Of a stretch of 54,068 nt of DNA, positions 38,715-51,347 are shown in pieces. The DNA lies in assembly GCF_001194135.2 (NCBI RefSeq), contig NC_068995.1, positions 8,920,225-8,974,292 on the forward strand, read 5' to 3'. The notes under the pieces were generated by a model, which saw nothing but the letters and a program-made list of their open reading frames with translations, searched no databases and had not been told where the DNA came from. Origin of the DNA: Octopus bimaculoides. Its lineage: Eukaryota. Position numbers and translations under genes: made by a program. Every line of letters begins with the position of its first letter. Within the stretch, counting starts at the first letter, position 1.

Positions 38715-39021
38715 GACGATGAGGGTTCCAGCTGATCCGATCAACGGAACAGCTTGCTCGTGAATATTAACGTGCAAGTGGCTGAGCACTCCACAAACAC
38801 GTGTACCCTTAACATAGTTCTCAGGGAAATTCAGCGAGACACAGAGTGTGACAAGGCTGGCTCTTTAAAATACAGGCACTACTCATTTTCGTCAGATGAG
38901 TGGACTGGAGCAACGTGAAATAAAGTGTCTTGCTCAAGGACAACACGCGTCGCCAGGAATTGAACTCACGACCTTACGCTCGTGAACCGCATGCCCTAAT
39001 CACTAAGCTACGCGCATTTAC
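38714..39021 (-). mobile_element. SINE 'B2': family-B 3' tail joined to a different tRNA head and CORE/Meta-like body
   Basis: 38714-38875 matches the family-B tail. 38876-39021 reads on the minus strand GCGCGTAGCTTAGTGATTAGG (A box)...GTGAGTTCAATTCC (B box)...CCTTGAGCAAGACACTTTATTTCACGTTGCTCCAGTCCACTCA. Confidence 0.85.
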
Positions 39022-39548
39022 TCTTACACCAAGATATTTAAAATATATACGCATTAGTTTTGTTCGTGTCAAAATGTTTTGAACTCTTGCACACACATAC
39101 AAACACACACACACACACACATACACATATACACATACATATACGGGGACGCACATACATGCTTAGTGTACCAATTAGCTGTTTGCAACTTCTGATGGTT
39201 GTGTTATCCGTGTCTTCCTCCAAATACTCATGTCGTACTGAATGTGTATATAAACATGATTGCCTTTTAATATTTCATGTGATTTATGTTGACTACAATG
39301 ATACTTTTTTGGTTCTTTTGCTTATTTATTTAATTCTCTTTCTTTTTTACGCGTAAAACGCATTATATATGCAAGCATTCCTCAGCCAAAGGAAATACAT
39401 ATACATATGTAAGCCTACTAACACATACATTAATGCATGCAGTTATACATACACAAACACATACATACATATATGTATATATATATATATAAATACATCT
39501 CTATAGATATACATATGTATACTTAATAAAAGTATATATATATATATG

Positions 39549-39580
<32 letters not shown>

Positions 39581-39955
39581 ATATAGATATATACCTGGAC
39601 TATACATATACATATAGATGCATACAAACACACACACTGGCACATTGGCAGATACACATGTATTCTCAATCCTACGCACAAACACACATACACAACCTTT
39701 TTTGTGCGCGCATGTATTAGCAGCTCTCACAAGTTACGTATGTGTTTATCAGATCACATGGAAAAATATGTCTAATTACGTGTATGTATATATATATATG
39801 TGTGCATATGTGTGCATTTGTCTGTGTGTGAGCGGGCTTGCGAATTTGGATTGCATACGTTAATGCGCGTATGCAACTGCGTATCGACGTATGCATGTGC
39901 TTTTATATGTGTTGTAATAATTATTCTACAAATCTCTGAAGAGGTTCCCAAGTCA

Positions 39956-39995
<40 letters not shown>

Positions 39996-40751
39996 ACACA
40001 TACATACTCTTACACATACACACATTCACTCACGCACACACGTGTCCGTTTTATTTTCACAGGCCAACGCTCATCATTAGCGTCCATTGATAAAGATTGA
40101 CATAAGCTTATTTCAAGATAAAAATGTGTGGAGTGTTTAGGATTTCAAGAAACTCATCGTTCTTCTTTCTTTCTTGCGTGTTCATCTTATTTATTTCTTG
40201 ATTGATTTTTTTTTATTTTTTTGCATTTTAATTTCATTTTCATTTTAGGTTTTAAGGTGGTGATGGGCGCTTGTCTGTCTTTTTATCTCTCCTTTTGAAT
40301 TCTTTGACAGAATACCGCCTTCTATAACATCCCTCCTTTATCCTACCTACCAAACGAGTTACAACTACCACCAATGCTATCCTCAACACCGACACTACCA
40401 CCACCATACAACCACCACCACCACCACCACCACACTACCGCCACCACTTCTAACCTCCCACTGTCCCCTACCAATAATAGATATATGAGAGACCAATCAA
40501 TATTTTCTCTACCTTTTCTACATTTCTGTTTTGCATAGATTTATGACAAATCCACAAAATAAAGCCAAATAAAATAAAACATTAAAAAAATAGTAATCTC
40601 ATTCACAAGATTCAGCAATCGAGTTGCTACCTTCGCACTCGACCTCTTTAAAGATATCGGCAACGCGTAAACGAGGGAAGTCTCTAAGCAGTCGATCGTT
40701 TTGCTAGACATATTAGCTAATTGTTCCTGTTTCAAATATTATTGTACTGAC

Positions 40752-40953
40752 CTAACAAAATGGTGGACATGTTTAGCTAAAATACGCCACTTGTGTTGAT
40801 TGTATGACAGACATATTAGCAATGACTCATCCTCGACAGCGGCTGACAGTCGCATGTGGTCTCTTTTCGTAAGGCACGTGATGAACTCGTTGGTCGAAGC
40901 CGGCTCAACCCAACTAGGGTAAATACAACCGCAAGCACAAGCAAGTAACTGAC
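40752..40953 (-). CDS. Weak candidate internal exon (202 nt) in a unique island
   Basis: Open frame (G)QLLACACGCIYPSWVEPASTNEFITCLTKRDHMRLSAAVEDESLLICLSYNQHKWRILAKHVHHFV between a TAG acceptor and an AG|GTCAGT donor. No homology recognised. Confidence 0.15.
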
Positions 40954-41207
40954 CTATCGTGGGTACACTCAGTAAAATTTCAAAGCCAAATAAACAAAAT
41001 GGGGTTTGCAATACCATATGAATTCTATTTATGGAGCTTTAGGTATTTAAAGACGAAAATTGTATATATCTACGTTATACTCCATTAACGGCGTTATTGA
41101 ATCAGTTAATTTTTGAAGCTGTGTGCAAAAGTGATTCAGAATCATTGACGTAAATTTACATGAAATATTGGATTCACCAAAAAGTGTGTTTGGATTTTAT
41201 TTATTGT

Positions 41208-41378
41208 ATTCTTTTACTTGTTTCAGTCATTTGACTGCGGTCATGCTGGAGCACCGGCTTAAAGGGTTTAAGTAGAACGACCCTCCCCCCAAGACTGCGG
41301 GTACGTAACCACACTAGCATCGGTTGTCATGCGGTGATGGGGCGACAAAGACACAGATATAAAGACATAGATATATAC
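41208..41378 (-). mobile_element. SINE 'C-D' 3' half with internal deletion
   Basis: TTTTACTTGTTTCAGTCATTTGACTGCGGTCATGCTGGAGCACCG matches 38570-38615. Confidence 0.8.
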
Positions 41379-41658
41379 ATTTGGTTTATTTCGTTTATTT
41401 GATCCATTTAATGCTGTTGCATCAAACAATTCGGAGAATTCAAAAGCGCTTTTGGTGGACAAGAATAACGTTTTCAATATACATGACTGTACTTGTATGT
41501 GTGCCTATTTATGTGTCCGTAGTGTATTGCATTCATCCATCCATACATACATACATCCATCCATACATATATATATATACATACATTTTACATTTACAGA
41601 AACAGACATACATATTTATATATGTATATATATATTTATACATTTGTATATTTATGTC

Positions 41659-41718
<60 letters not shown>
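41659..41718. repeat. (TAG)n microsatellite
   Basis: Directly visible. Confidence 0.95.
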
Positions 41719-42658
41719 CAGTAGATATTTAAACGTTTATGTCGAATACGTAAGACAAAGGCTGTTTCGAGAATGAAAAAAATGCGGAGTAAAAGTTTAT
41801 AGAGAGAAAAGGGCAACAAAAAAAGAAAAGAAAGAAAGAAAGAAAGAAAGAAAGAAGAAAAGAAAGAAAGAAAACGCAAGAAAGAAAGAAAGAAAGAAGG
41901 AAAGAAATGAAGGACATAAATATAAGAAAAGGGGAACGAAAGCAGTAAGAGGTATGGCGGAAGGAGTTTGAACTTATTAGAGATTATACAGGAATTATAT
42001 GAAGCATAAATATGATAATGCTTTGTGAAATATGGCAGAGAACTATAACAGTTATCGGAATGGTATAATAATTGCCTTCTGTGGTCCTTTCTGATTTCTA
42101 GAAGAAATCTCCATATTTTAACAACGCCCCCCCCCACCTCTCTATTAAACCGTGGTTTCCTTTGAAAGGTTTCGTCATGTGAGCAACGAATTTCGAGGAT
42201 ATTAAAACAATGCAATGACATTTGAATGAATCGGTATAGGAAGAAGACTGAAAATGGGATGTTGTAATTGTTGTTGTTGTTATTGTTGTTGTTGTCAAGA
42301 TCATATGCAGCCGAGATGAAGCGATAGTTGACATTAGATTTGCTGTGGATCCACCATTTTCTTTTCTGTATTTCGGGTTAATGCCGCGCTTGTCTTAATT
42401 TGAGAGAGATTTAGCTGCTATATATATATATATATATATATATATAGCATGATATAGACAACGTTGTAGTCAACCTGTTGTCTCCAACAATGTTTTCAGA
42501 TATTAGTACATTATCCCGTATGTCGTTTAGTTTTAAAAATATCAGTAATTTGAAGGCAGTTTTTAAACGGAATATAGCTCATTTGGAGCACTAAAACTCC
42601 AGTCTGTATTTTATTTGCGAGTATTGTTAATATTAGCAATATCAAAATAAACCAGTGT

Positions 42659-42722
<64 letters not shown>

Positions 42723-42785
42723 TGTATACATATATATACGCATGCATGTGTGTGTATGTGTGTTTGTGTGTATTCGTGTATCTTT

Positions 42786-42960
42786 GTGTTTGTGTTTGTT
42801 CTTCTTCAACGCTTGACAGCCGGCGTTAGAGTGTTTACGTCCTCGTAATCTAGAAGTTCGGCAAATAAGTACCGTCGTCGATTCATTCCACTTCTACAAA
42901 GCGGTGTTCCAGTATCACCGCAATCTCATGGTGAAAACAAATAAAAGGCAGAAATAAGAG
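42786..42960 (+). mobile_element. SINE 'C-D' 3' half, degenerate
   Basis: CGCTTGACAGCCGGCGTTAGAGTGTTTACGTCCTCGTAATCTAGAAGTTCGGCAAATAAGTAC...AAAGCGGTGTTCCAG...GAAAACAAATAAAAG. Confidence 0.7.
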
Positions 42961-43449
42961 AAGAGAAAGGAAAGAACGATTGATGTGTAATTATGTGAGT
43001 GGAAGTAAGAGGAGGGAATTAATATAAATAGTTTCACAGAGGGCCAATGCAACATTTGTCTTCGAATAAAAGGGAGATTGTGACGCTTGTAAATACAGTG
43101 TGTGTGAAGGATGGTGAAAGTGAAAGTGATAATTGAACAACGATTGAGTAATAATGGATGGGGGGAAACTGGTGTGTAGGAGGAGTGGGAAATTCCTGAT
43201 GTAAAGAGGGAAAGCGGGAGAGAAGGAAATAGATTTAGAGAGAGAATAGAAGCATGAATATAATGGAAGATAATTCGTTAGTTGGAGTAAGACAGGGCAA
43301 GGTAAGTACAGATACAATAATAGGTTGGTTGATATATATATATATATANNNNNNNNNNNNNNNNNNNNNNNNNNNNNNNNNNNNNNNNNNNNNNNNNNNN
43401 NNNNNNNNNNNNNNTATATATAAACAGACAGAGAGGGATAGATAGATAG

Positions 43450-43508
<59 letters not shown>

Positions 43509-44104
43509 AATCGTACATAAATACACAGTAGGATGAAGCGTAGGTAGAAAAAATATACATCAGAAGATAGAAAGCGAGATAGATAGAGATAAGGGTAAAA
43601 GGGAGAGAAGGAAATAGCGAAGTAGACACACAGACATACAGATACATTCAAAGACAAACAGACGGACAGACAGACAGGCAAACAGTCAGGCAGGCAAAGT
43701 GAAGTAATTGTCCGAGAGAGTATAATAATTAATCGTGATGTGATATTGCAAAGCAGAGAAAGTAAGGAGAGAGAGGGAAAGCGAAAGGGAAATAGAGACC
43801 AAGAAAGTGTCTGGGGGTGATAAAAATACAGGTGAGAATGACCGAGAGGGAGAGAAAGAGTGAGAGAGAGAATGAGAGATATTGTTGGTGGTGTGAACGG
43901 GCAAATAACAATTCGTATATATATAAGTGCAAAATTGTGAGTAAATGCGTCCAATGCTAATTGGAAATAACAATTTGCCAATGGCGACGAGACAGCCGTA
44001 TAAATAGGCGTAAATGTACACAAGAATTAAATATACATGTGTAGACAACGTATCGATACATATGGGCATCATGTACGCGTACACACACACACACCCAAAT
44101 ATAA

Positions 44105-44137
<33 letters not shown>

Positions 44138-44290
44138 GATATGTGTGTAAATATATAAGCGTACATGTATGCATGTATGTGTTCATCTATGTAAGCAGAA
44201 ATATGTACATACATGCAAATATATGTGTACATGTGTTGGTATGTAAGTATGTTTTAGTACACATTTATGCATACACACATACACACACAC

Positions 44291-44388
<98 letters not shown>

Positions 44389-44434
44389 GTATATATATTC
44401 ATTTGAATTTATACGTTTCTGCGTCGTAACTCCT

Positions 44435-44465
<31 letters not shown>

Positions 44466-44713
44466 GTCATGCATATAATTCTCTGTGTTTGTGTGTACAC
44501 ATATATAACATAAATGAGCATATACAAACAAAGAAGCAGGAATATATACATACATATGTATATGTGTGTGTGTTTCTCTGTGTGTATGTGTGTGTATGTA
44601 TATTTTCATATACATATATACGCATAGAAGCATACGAAAACATCGAAGCAGGAACTTATACATGCATATACATACATGAGTGCGTGTATGTATATATATA
44701 TATATATATATGT

Positions 44714-44764
<51 letters not shown>

Positions 44765-45191
44765 TGTCTGGGTGTACGAATTTGTGCCCGTGTGACTGTG
44801 TGTATGTGTGGCACTGTACAGCCGTCGGTGAACTGTTACACTTTCAATAAAATTCGGTAGACGCTTTACACGGAAACTGCGTAGAAGAATATCGGATGTG
44901 TTATCTGTGTTTGAAAGGACCAGTATTGTCACATGTGATTGCATTTATTTCCTTCTGATAATTGTTTTGAAGATGCACTTTTCTGTGGAATACTGATTCA
45001 CTTATCGTCTAATTAAATGAATTTAGTTGATCTTACAAATCAATGGTCATCGTCGATACGGACGAAGTATGACTTCCTGTACTTGTCACTATATTGATCA
45101 AGATACACTACGTCCCTTCCTATTTATGCCCACATGGCGCGAATTGCGACATGCAGTAGTGTATGGTACGTGTCGTGTGTGTATATACATA

Positions 45192-45300
45192 TTATTCCGT
45201 CAGTCTTTTTACCGAAACCGTTAAGTTATGGGGCCGTAAACACGCCGACAGCGGTTGTGAAGCTGTAGGGTGAAACAAACACAGTCGCAAATACACAAAC
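45192..45300 (-). mobile_element. SINE 'C-D' middle fragment
   Basis: Minus strand GTGTTTGTTTC...CTTCACAACCGCTGTCGGCGTGTTTACGGCCCCATAACTTAACGGTTTCGGTAAAA. Confidence 0.65.
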
Positions 45301-45355
45301 ACACATGCACACATACACACACACTCACACACCCAGTCACATACACACAAGCATA

Positions 45356-45388
<33 letters not shown>

Positions 45389-46436
45389 NNNNNNNNNNNN
45401 NNNNNNNNNNNNNNNNNNNNNNNNNNNNTATATACATTTTCGCAATAGGATGCCATTATTTCATTTTATTTTTTGTCTGAAAATTACACAGAGAGGGGAT
45501 TTGGGGACCTTTTCGGTTGCTGTCAAAGCTGATGTAATGTTTCATGCCCAATCTGATTTTGAGTCATTAATAGAAAGGAAATTAGAAAAATGTTGCCGAC
45601 GTGTAAAGTTTGGTAATTTTTACACAATCAGAAAACAGGATTCGGAAGCTAGCATTTTCTGCTGAATAGTGTCTATTACAAAATGTAAGGAAACACATTA
45701 CAGTAACGACGTTTTAAAAAATAAAAGCAATTACGTGTCATATCAAGGGGGAGGAGAAGGCGAAAGAGAGATAGGTGGAGCAGCATGCACAAGAGACGTA
45801 CACGTAGAGAAAAAGAGTAAATGTTTATAGAAAAAGAATATCATAAAATACAGAGAGACAGATAGATACATGTGATAAATAGAGAAGAGAAGATTTAGCC
45901 ACGTACTTCTCGTATCGAATTATATTTCTTGATTGTCATTTACCAAAGACCTACTCTTTCGGACGTAGATTTCGAAAATCTAATCTGTTCGTCTCGAGCA
46001 CTTACCGCTTCGGTGCCTTTTGGGGTTATAGACATTCGTACCCTCTCATTTCCATAGTAGATGATGAAAGAAGAAGAAGAGTTTTATTAAATATAAACAT
46101 TATGGTATTTGTCTTGTTATTTTCTCTCTTGAATTTTATCCTTATTTGATGGATTTGTGTGCAGGATATATATATCACCTATGAATCCTTGTGGCGAGAG
46201 CAACAGGAAATATAATATAATCGTTGATGTACAATTGCAGAGTTATAATGCAAAATACAAACTGTGGTATATATATCTGGATGTTTTGCGTTTTAAGCTC
46301 AAATCTCGAAAGAGTTAACATTTAATTTTATCTTTCTGACATCAGTGAAATAAATCTCATGCATGTAATATCAGCTGAATCGATTACACAGGCACAGAAA
46401 GTTTTGGTATTCTGTGCTGGAGATTTTCATATCTGT

Positions 46437-46437
46437 G

Positions 46438-46471
<34 letters not shown>

Positions 46472-46715
46472 GCTGCAGCAGCAGTATTACAATCACTATA
46501 ATGTTTTAAATGGTGACCCACACAATCCTCTTCTTCTTCTTCTTCTTCTTCTTCTTCACTACCGCCGTCTTCGTTGTCGTCGTCGTCGTCTTCAACATCA
46601 TAATCCTCTTATACGTCATCATGGTTATCGTCTTTATCATTACTATCAACTTCATCATCATAGCTGTCGCCATCATCATCGTCGTCATCGTCATCATCGT
46701 CATCATCATCATCAT
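46437..46715. repeat. Compound trinucleotide array (CAT)n-(CAG)n-(CTT)n-(CGT)n-(CAT)n
   Basis: Directly visible; source of the poly-His and poly-Ile/Val ORFs. Confidence 0.9.
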
Positions 46716-47333
46716 GGAATTCAATCTAATCTCATTGCTGAACTGGTCTTCACCACCCCTTTCCTCTACCCATATTTTTAACTTCACTTACACCGCAATT
46801 TATTTTATACCTTCGCGATTATATCGCATTAAAACAAAGAGAAAGAAAGAGAGAGAGGGAGAGAGACAGAAAGAGACAGAGACAGACAAAGATGAGATGA
46901 GACGGAGTGTAGAGACATATATTCTTAGAATATCATTATAATTGTTGCATAGACCAAAGAATGGTCAACTGAACGACGGTGTACAGTTAGTTTATAACAA
47001 CTCTAAAACTTGGTAAAACCAGAATACATGAATGCGAAAACTGACAAAGAGCACTCGTAAATTCGCTTACATAATCAGATAAGTCGAGACGGTCATACTA
47101 TCAAGACACAGAGAAATGACAATTTACCAATGGCTTTATTAGAATTTTCCGTATTAGACTTATGAGAATTTTGAAAATTGATATATTTTAATGATCTTTA
47201 ATAGCGGCTAATAATAGCGTTCCTTATCGAATCGAATGATATCGGAGACCAACTTGAATCAGACGATTCCGAAATATATATATTATACAAATGTATGCAT
47301 GTATGTATTGTATGTAGGTGCGTACATACATTT

Positions 47334-47379
<46 letters not shown>

Positions 47380-48181
47380 ATATATATATTTGTATATANN
47401 NNNNNNNNNNNNNNNNNNNNNNNNNNNNNNNNNNNNNNNNNNNNNNNNNNNNNNNNNNNNNNNNNNNNNNNNNNNNNNNNNNNNNNNNNNNNNNNNNNNN
47501 NNNNNNNNNNNNNNNNNNNNNNNNNNNNNNNNNNNNNNNNNNNNNNNNNNNNNNNNNNNNNNNNNNNNNNNNNNNNNNNNNNNNNNNNNNNNNNNNNNNN
47601 NNNNNNNNNNNNNNNNNNNNNNNNNNNNNNNNNNNNNNNNNNNNNNNNNNNNNNNNNNNNNNNNNNNNNNNNNNNNNNNNNNNNNNNNNNNNNNNNNNNN
47701 NNNNNNNNNNNNNNNNNNNNNNNNNNNNNNNNNNNNNNNNNNNNNNNNNNNNNNNNNNNNNNNNNNNNNNNNNNNNNNNNNNNNNNNNNNNNNNNNNNNN
47801 NNNNNNNNNNNNNNNNNNNNNNNNNNNNNNNNNNNNNNNNNNNNNNNNNNNNNNNNNNNNNNNNNNNNNNNNNNNNNNNNNNNNNNNNNNNNNNNNNNNN
47901 NNNNNNNNNNNNNNNNNNNNNNNNNNNNNNNNNNNNNNNNNNNNNNNNNNNATATATATACGTATATATATGTACATAATCTATTTGTCTCTCAGTCTAT
48001 GTGTGAACATATATAATTAAAACAATATGGATGGCTGTCCTGGTATCTTAGAGAAAACTTCATTGTGTACATGAAGACAAATGGAGTAGAGTAGATGGCA
48101 TTTGTGACTATATACGTACTTTCACACACCAAGAGGTACATACATTCCAACACACATATAAACACACAAACATGTACGCGC

Positions 48182-48213
<32 letters not shown>

Positions 48214-48467
48214 ACATAGACATACACACATGCACACACACATACGCACACACACAAAAACACAGAGGGTAAATTGTTCCCGCTTGTTTCAGAGGAGTTA
48301 TAAATTAGCGAAAGCAGAGTTTCATACTTAAATACATCAAAGTATGAATTATTTGCTAGGCTACACAAATTATTGAGAATAATGTGTGAGCGGGAGAAAG
48401 AGTGACATTGCAATGGAAGTATAACGGGGTGGGGGAGTGTAGATGTATGGATAAGTATATGAAGATA

Positions 48468-48506
<39 letters not shown>

Positions 48507-49506
48507 NNNNNNNNNNNNNNNNNNNNNNNNNNNNNNNNNNNNNNNNNNNNNNNNNNNNNNNNNNNNNNNNNNNNNNNNNNNNNNNNNNNNNNNNNNNNNN
48601 NNNNNNNNNNNNNNNNNNNNNNNNNNNNNNNNNNNNNNNNNNNNNNNNNNNNNNNNNNNNNNNNNNNNNNNNNNNNNNNNNNNNNNNNNNNNNNNNNNNN
48701 NNNNNNNNNNNNNNNNNNNNNNNNNNNNNNNNNNNNNNNNNNNNNNNNNNNNNNNNNNNNNNNNNNNNNNNNNNNNNNNNNNNNNNNNNNNNNNNNNNNN
48801 NNNNNNNNNNNNNNNNNNNNNNNNNNNNNNNNNNNNNNNNNNNNNNNNNNNNNNNNNNNNNNNNNNNNNNNNNNNNNNNNNNNNNNNNNNNNNNNNNNNN
48901 NNNNNNNNNNNNNNNNNNNNNNNNNNNNNNNNNNNNNNNNNNNNNNNNNNNNNNNNNNNNNNNNNNNNNNNNNNNNNNNNNNNNNNNNNNNNNNNNNNNN
49001 NNNNNNNNNNNNNNNNNNNNNNNNNNNNNNNNNNNNNNNNNNNNNNNNNNNNNNNNNNNNNNNNNNNNNNNNNNNNNNNNNNNNNNNNNNNNNNNNNNNN
49101 NNNNNNNNNNNNNNNNNNNNNNNNNNNNNNNNNNNNNNNNNNNNNNNNNNNNNNNNNNNNNNNNNNNNNNNNNNNNNNNNNNNNNNNNNNNNNNNNNNNN
49201 NNNNNNNNNNNNNNNNNNNNNNNNNNNNNNNNNNNNNNNNNNNNNNNNNNNNNNNNNNNNNNNNNNNNNNNNNNNNNNNNNNNNNNNNNNNNNNNNNNNN
49301 NNNNNNNNNNNNNNNNNNNNNNNNNNNNNNNNNNNNNNNNNNNNNNNNNNNNNNNNNNNNNNNNNNNNNNNNNNNNNNNNNNNNNNNNNNNNNNNNNNNN
49401 NNNNNNNNNNNNNNNNNNNNNNNNNNNNNNNNNNNNNNNNNNNNNNNNNNNNNNNNNNNNNNNNNNNNNNNNNNNNNNNNNNNNNNNNNNNNNNNNNNNN
49501 NNNNNN
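48507..49506. other. Largest assembly gap (1000 N); 13 other N-runs occur in the window
   Basis: N run flanked by (TA)n on both sides. Confidence 1.
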
Positions 49507-49535
49507 TATATATATATATATATATTATGTATATA

Positions 49536-49577
<42 letters not shown>

Positions 49578-49591
49578 ACATATATTCGGGT

Positions 49592-49624
<33 letters not shown>

Positions 49625-50403
49625 CATACAGGCAAAAAGAGAAGGAGGCAGACAGATAGCTAGATTGATAGATAACTATGAAACATGAATAAATCACTAA
49701 GTGTCTACTTTTATAAAGCCCAGTAGATCGTTAGCCTTTCTAAAACTATATTCGAAAACAATTGTTGAAGACACCTCATATATTTCAATTACGCATATGG
49801 TTAAATGAAAGACGAGGTAATTCATTAATTATTCATTTTATTCAACTCAGTTGAATAAATATAATAATTCCCTGTACCTGTAACACAAAGGTCAAGCTCT
49901 CTAACTCAAATGTCACGTATTTTCCATTTGAGAATTGCGTTAAGAGTACAAGTGTTCTTCCTTGTGAACATTGCGATTTCTTTGTACGCCAATTTAACAA
50001 TATTAACAAAAGCACTCAGCGAGCGCAAGCCTCCGCCAGGGAAACATTAGCGTCCCTTCAACGAATTGCCAGAAATGGCTTTTGAAGTGGGAAAATCTGA
50101 AATAAAACTCGACTACTCTCATAAACGAGAATACTAAAAATGAACCGGACCGCTCTCGCAAATTAAGTAAAAAAAAAAAAAAAAAAAAAAAAAANNNNNN
50201 NNNNNNNNNNNNNNNNNNNNNNNNNNNNNNNNNNNNNNNNNNNNNNNNNNNNNNNNNNNNNNNNNNNNNNNNNNNNNNNNNNNNNNNNNNNNNNNNNNNN
50301 NNNNNNNNNNNNNNNNNNNNNNNNNNNNNNNNNNNNNNNNNNNNNNNNNNNNNNNNNNNNNNNNNNNNNNNNNNNNNNNNNNNNNNNNNNNNNNNNNNNN
50401 NNA

Positions 50404-50404
<1 letters not shown>

Positions 50405-50498
<94 letters not shown>

Positions 50499-50595
50499 AA
50501 GAAGAAGAAGAAGAAGAAGAAGAAGAAGAAGAAGAAGAAGAAGAAGAAGAAGAAGATGATGATGATGATGATGATGATGACGACGACGACGACGA
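50405..50595. repeat. Stepwise compound trinucleotide array (TAA)n-(GAA)n-(GAT)n-(GAC)n
   Basis: Four perfect blocks with no spacers; each unit differs from the next by one base. Confidence 0.95.
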
Positions 50596-51347
50596 TCAGC
50601 TCTGCCTTGAATAAGAACTTGGAGGTGCTACACCGGCCTCTCTATACAAAACCACCTCTAATCTAATAACATCGGTGGAATGGGAAAATGGAAACTGTAG
50701 AAGACTTGATAGAAGCGGACTTTTACCAAAAAAATCACAAAGAAAAAACGAGATTTTACTGCCATACAAAGCACAGTTTCTCTCCCGCACGATGTCTCAG
50801 GGAAACATGTGCGAAAGACACTTGCGAATTCAACCCCAGCAAGTTTACCAACTATAAAATATAAGTGGAACAAAACATTGATACGTAAACTGATTAATTA
50901 CGCATACGTTTGAAGGTCTATACAATGATGTATATATATTTTAATGCCCATTGCACTACACATACAATCCAATGTTTACACAACTACGTGAAGTTTACAG
51001 GAGATACATACACGTATATGAGAGCACGTTTCACAAACGAAGCAAAACCATAACAAAACAATTTTGTTGAAACTAACATAGACAGAATGAGAAATTCATA
51101 AGTTCAAAAACATCACAAAGTATGCGCGGAGATAAATCTGTCGACAATAAAGGAAAAAAATACAGACGAATACAGATCCGTTATCCCTAAGAAGCTACGC
51201 TATGAGGAACGTTTTCATCCAGAGAACTCGGAGACAGTGTTCTATCAAAAAATTAACGCTAAACAGACAGATGAGTCCTCAATGATAACAACGCTAAATA
51301 TACACCTGCATCAGCGTCACCCGTGTTAACAAGGGCCGTGCACCCCA

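Noticed and set aside
45480-45665. Frame RGDLGTFSVAVKADVMFHAQSDFESLIERKLEKCCRRVKFG... after ACAG as a terminal exon
   Set aside because: Weak acceptor, no recognisable motif and a length compatible with chance.
661-48331. The many YI/HT/CV/LS-rich ORFs in the track
   Set aside because: They are translations of (TA)n, (CA)n, (GA)n and (TACA)n microsatellites, which lack stops in some frames.
7269-49697. Long ORFs containing runs of X (e.g. 529 aa at 48108-49697)
   Set aside because: Open only because N-gaps contain no stop codons.
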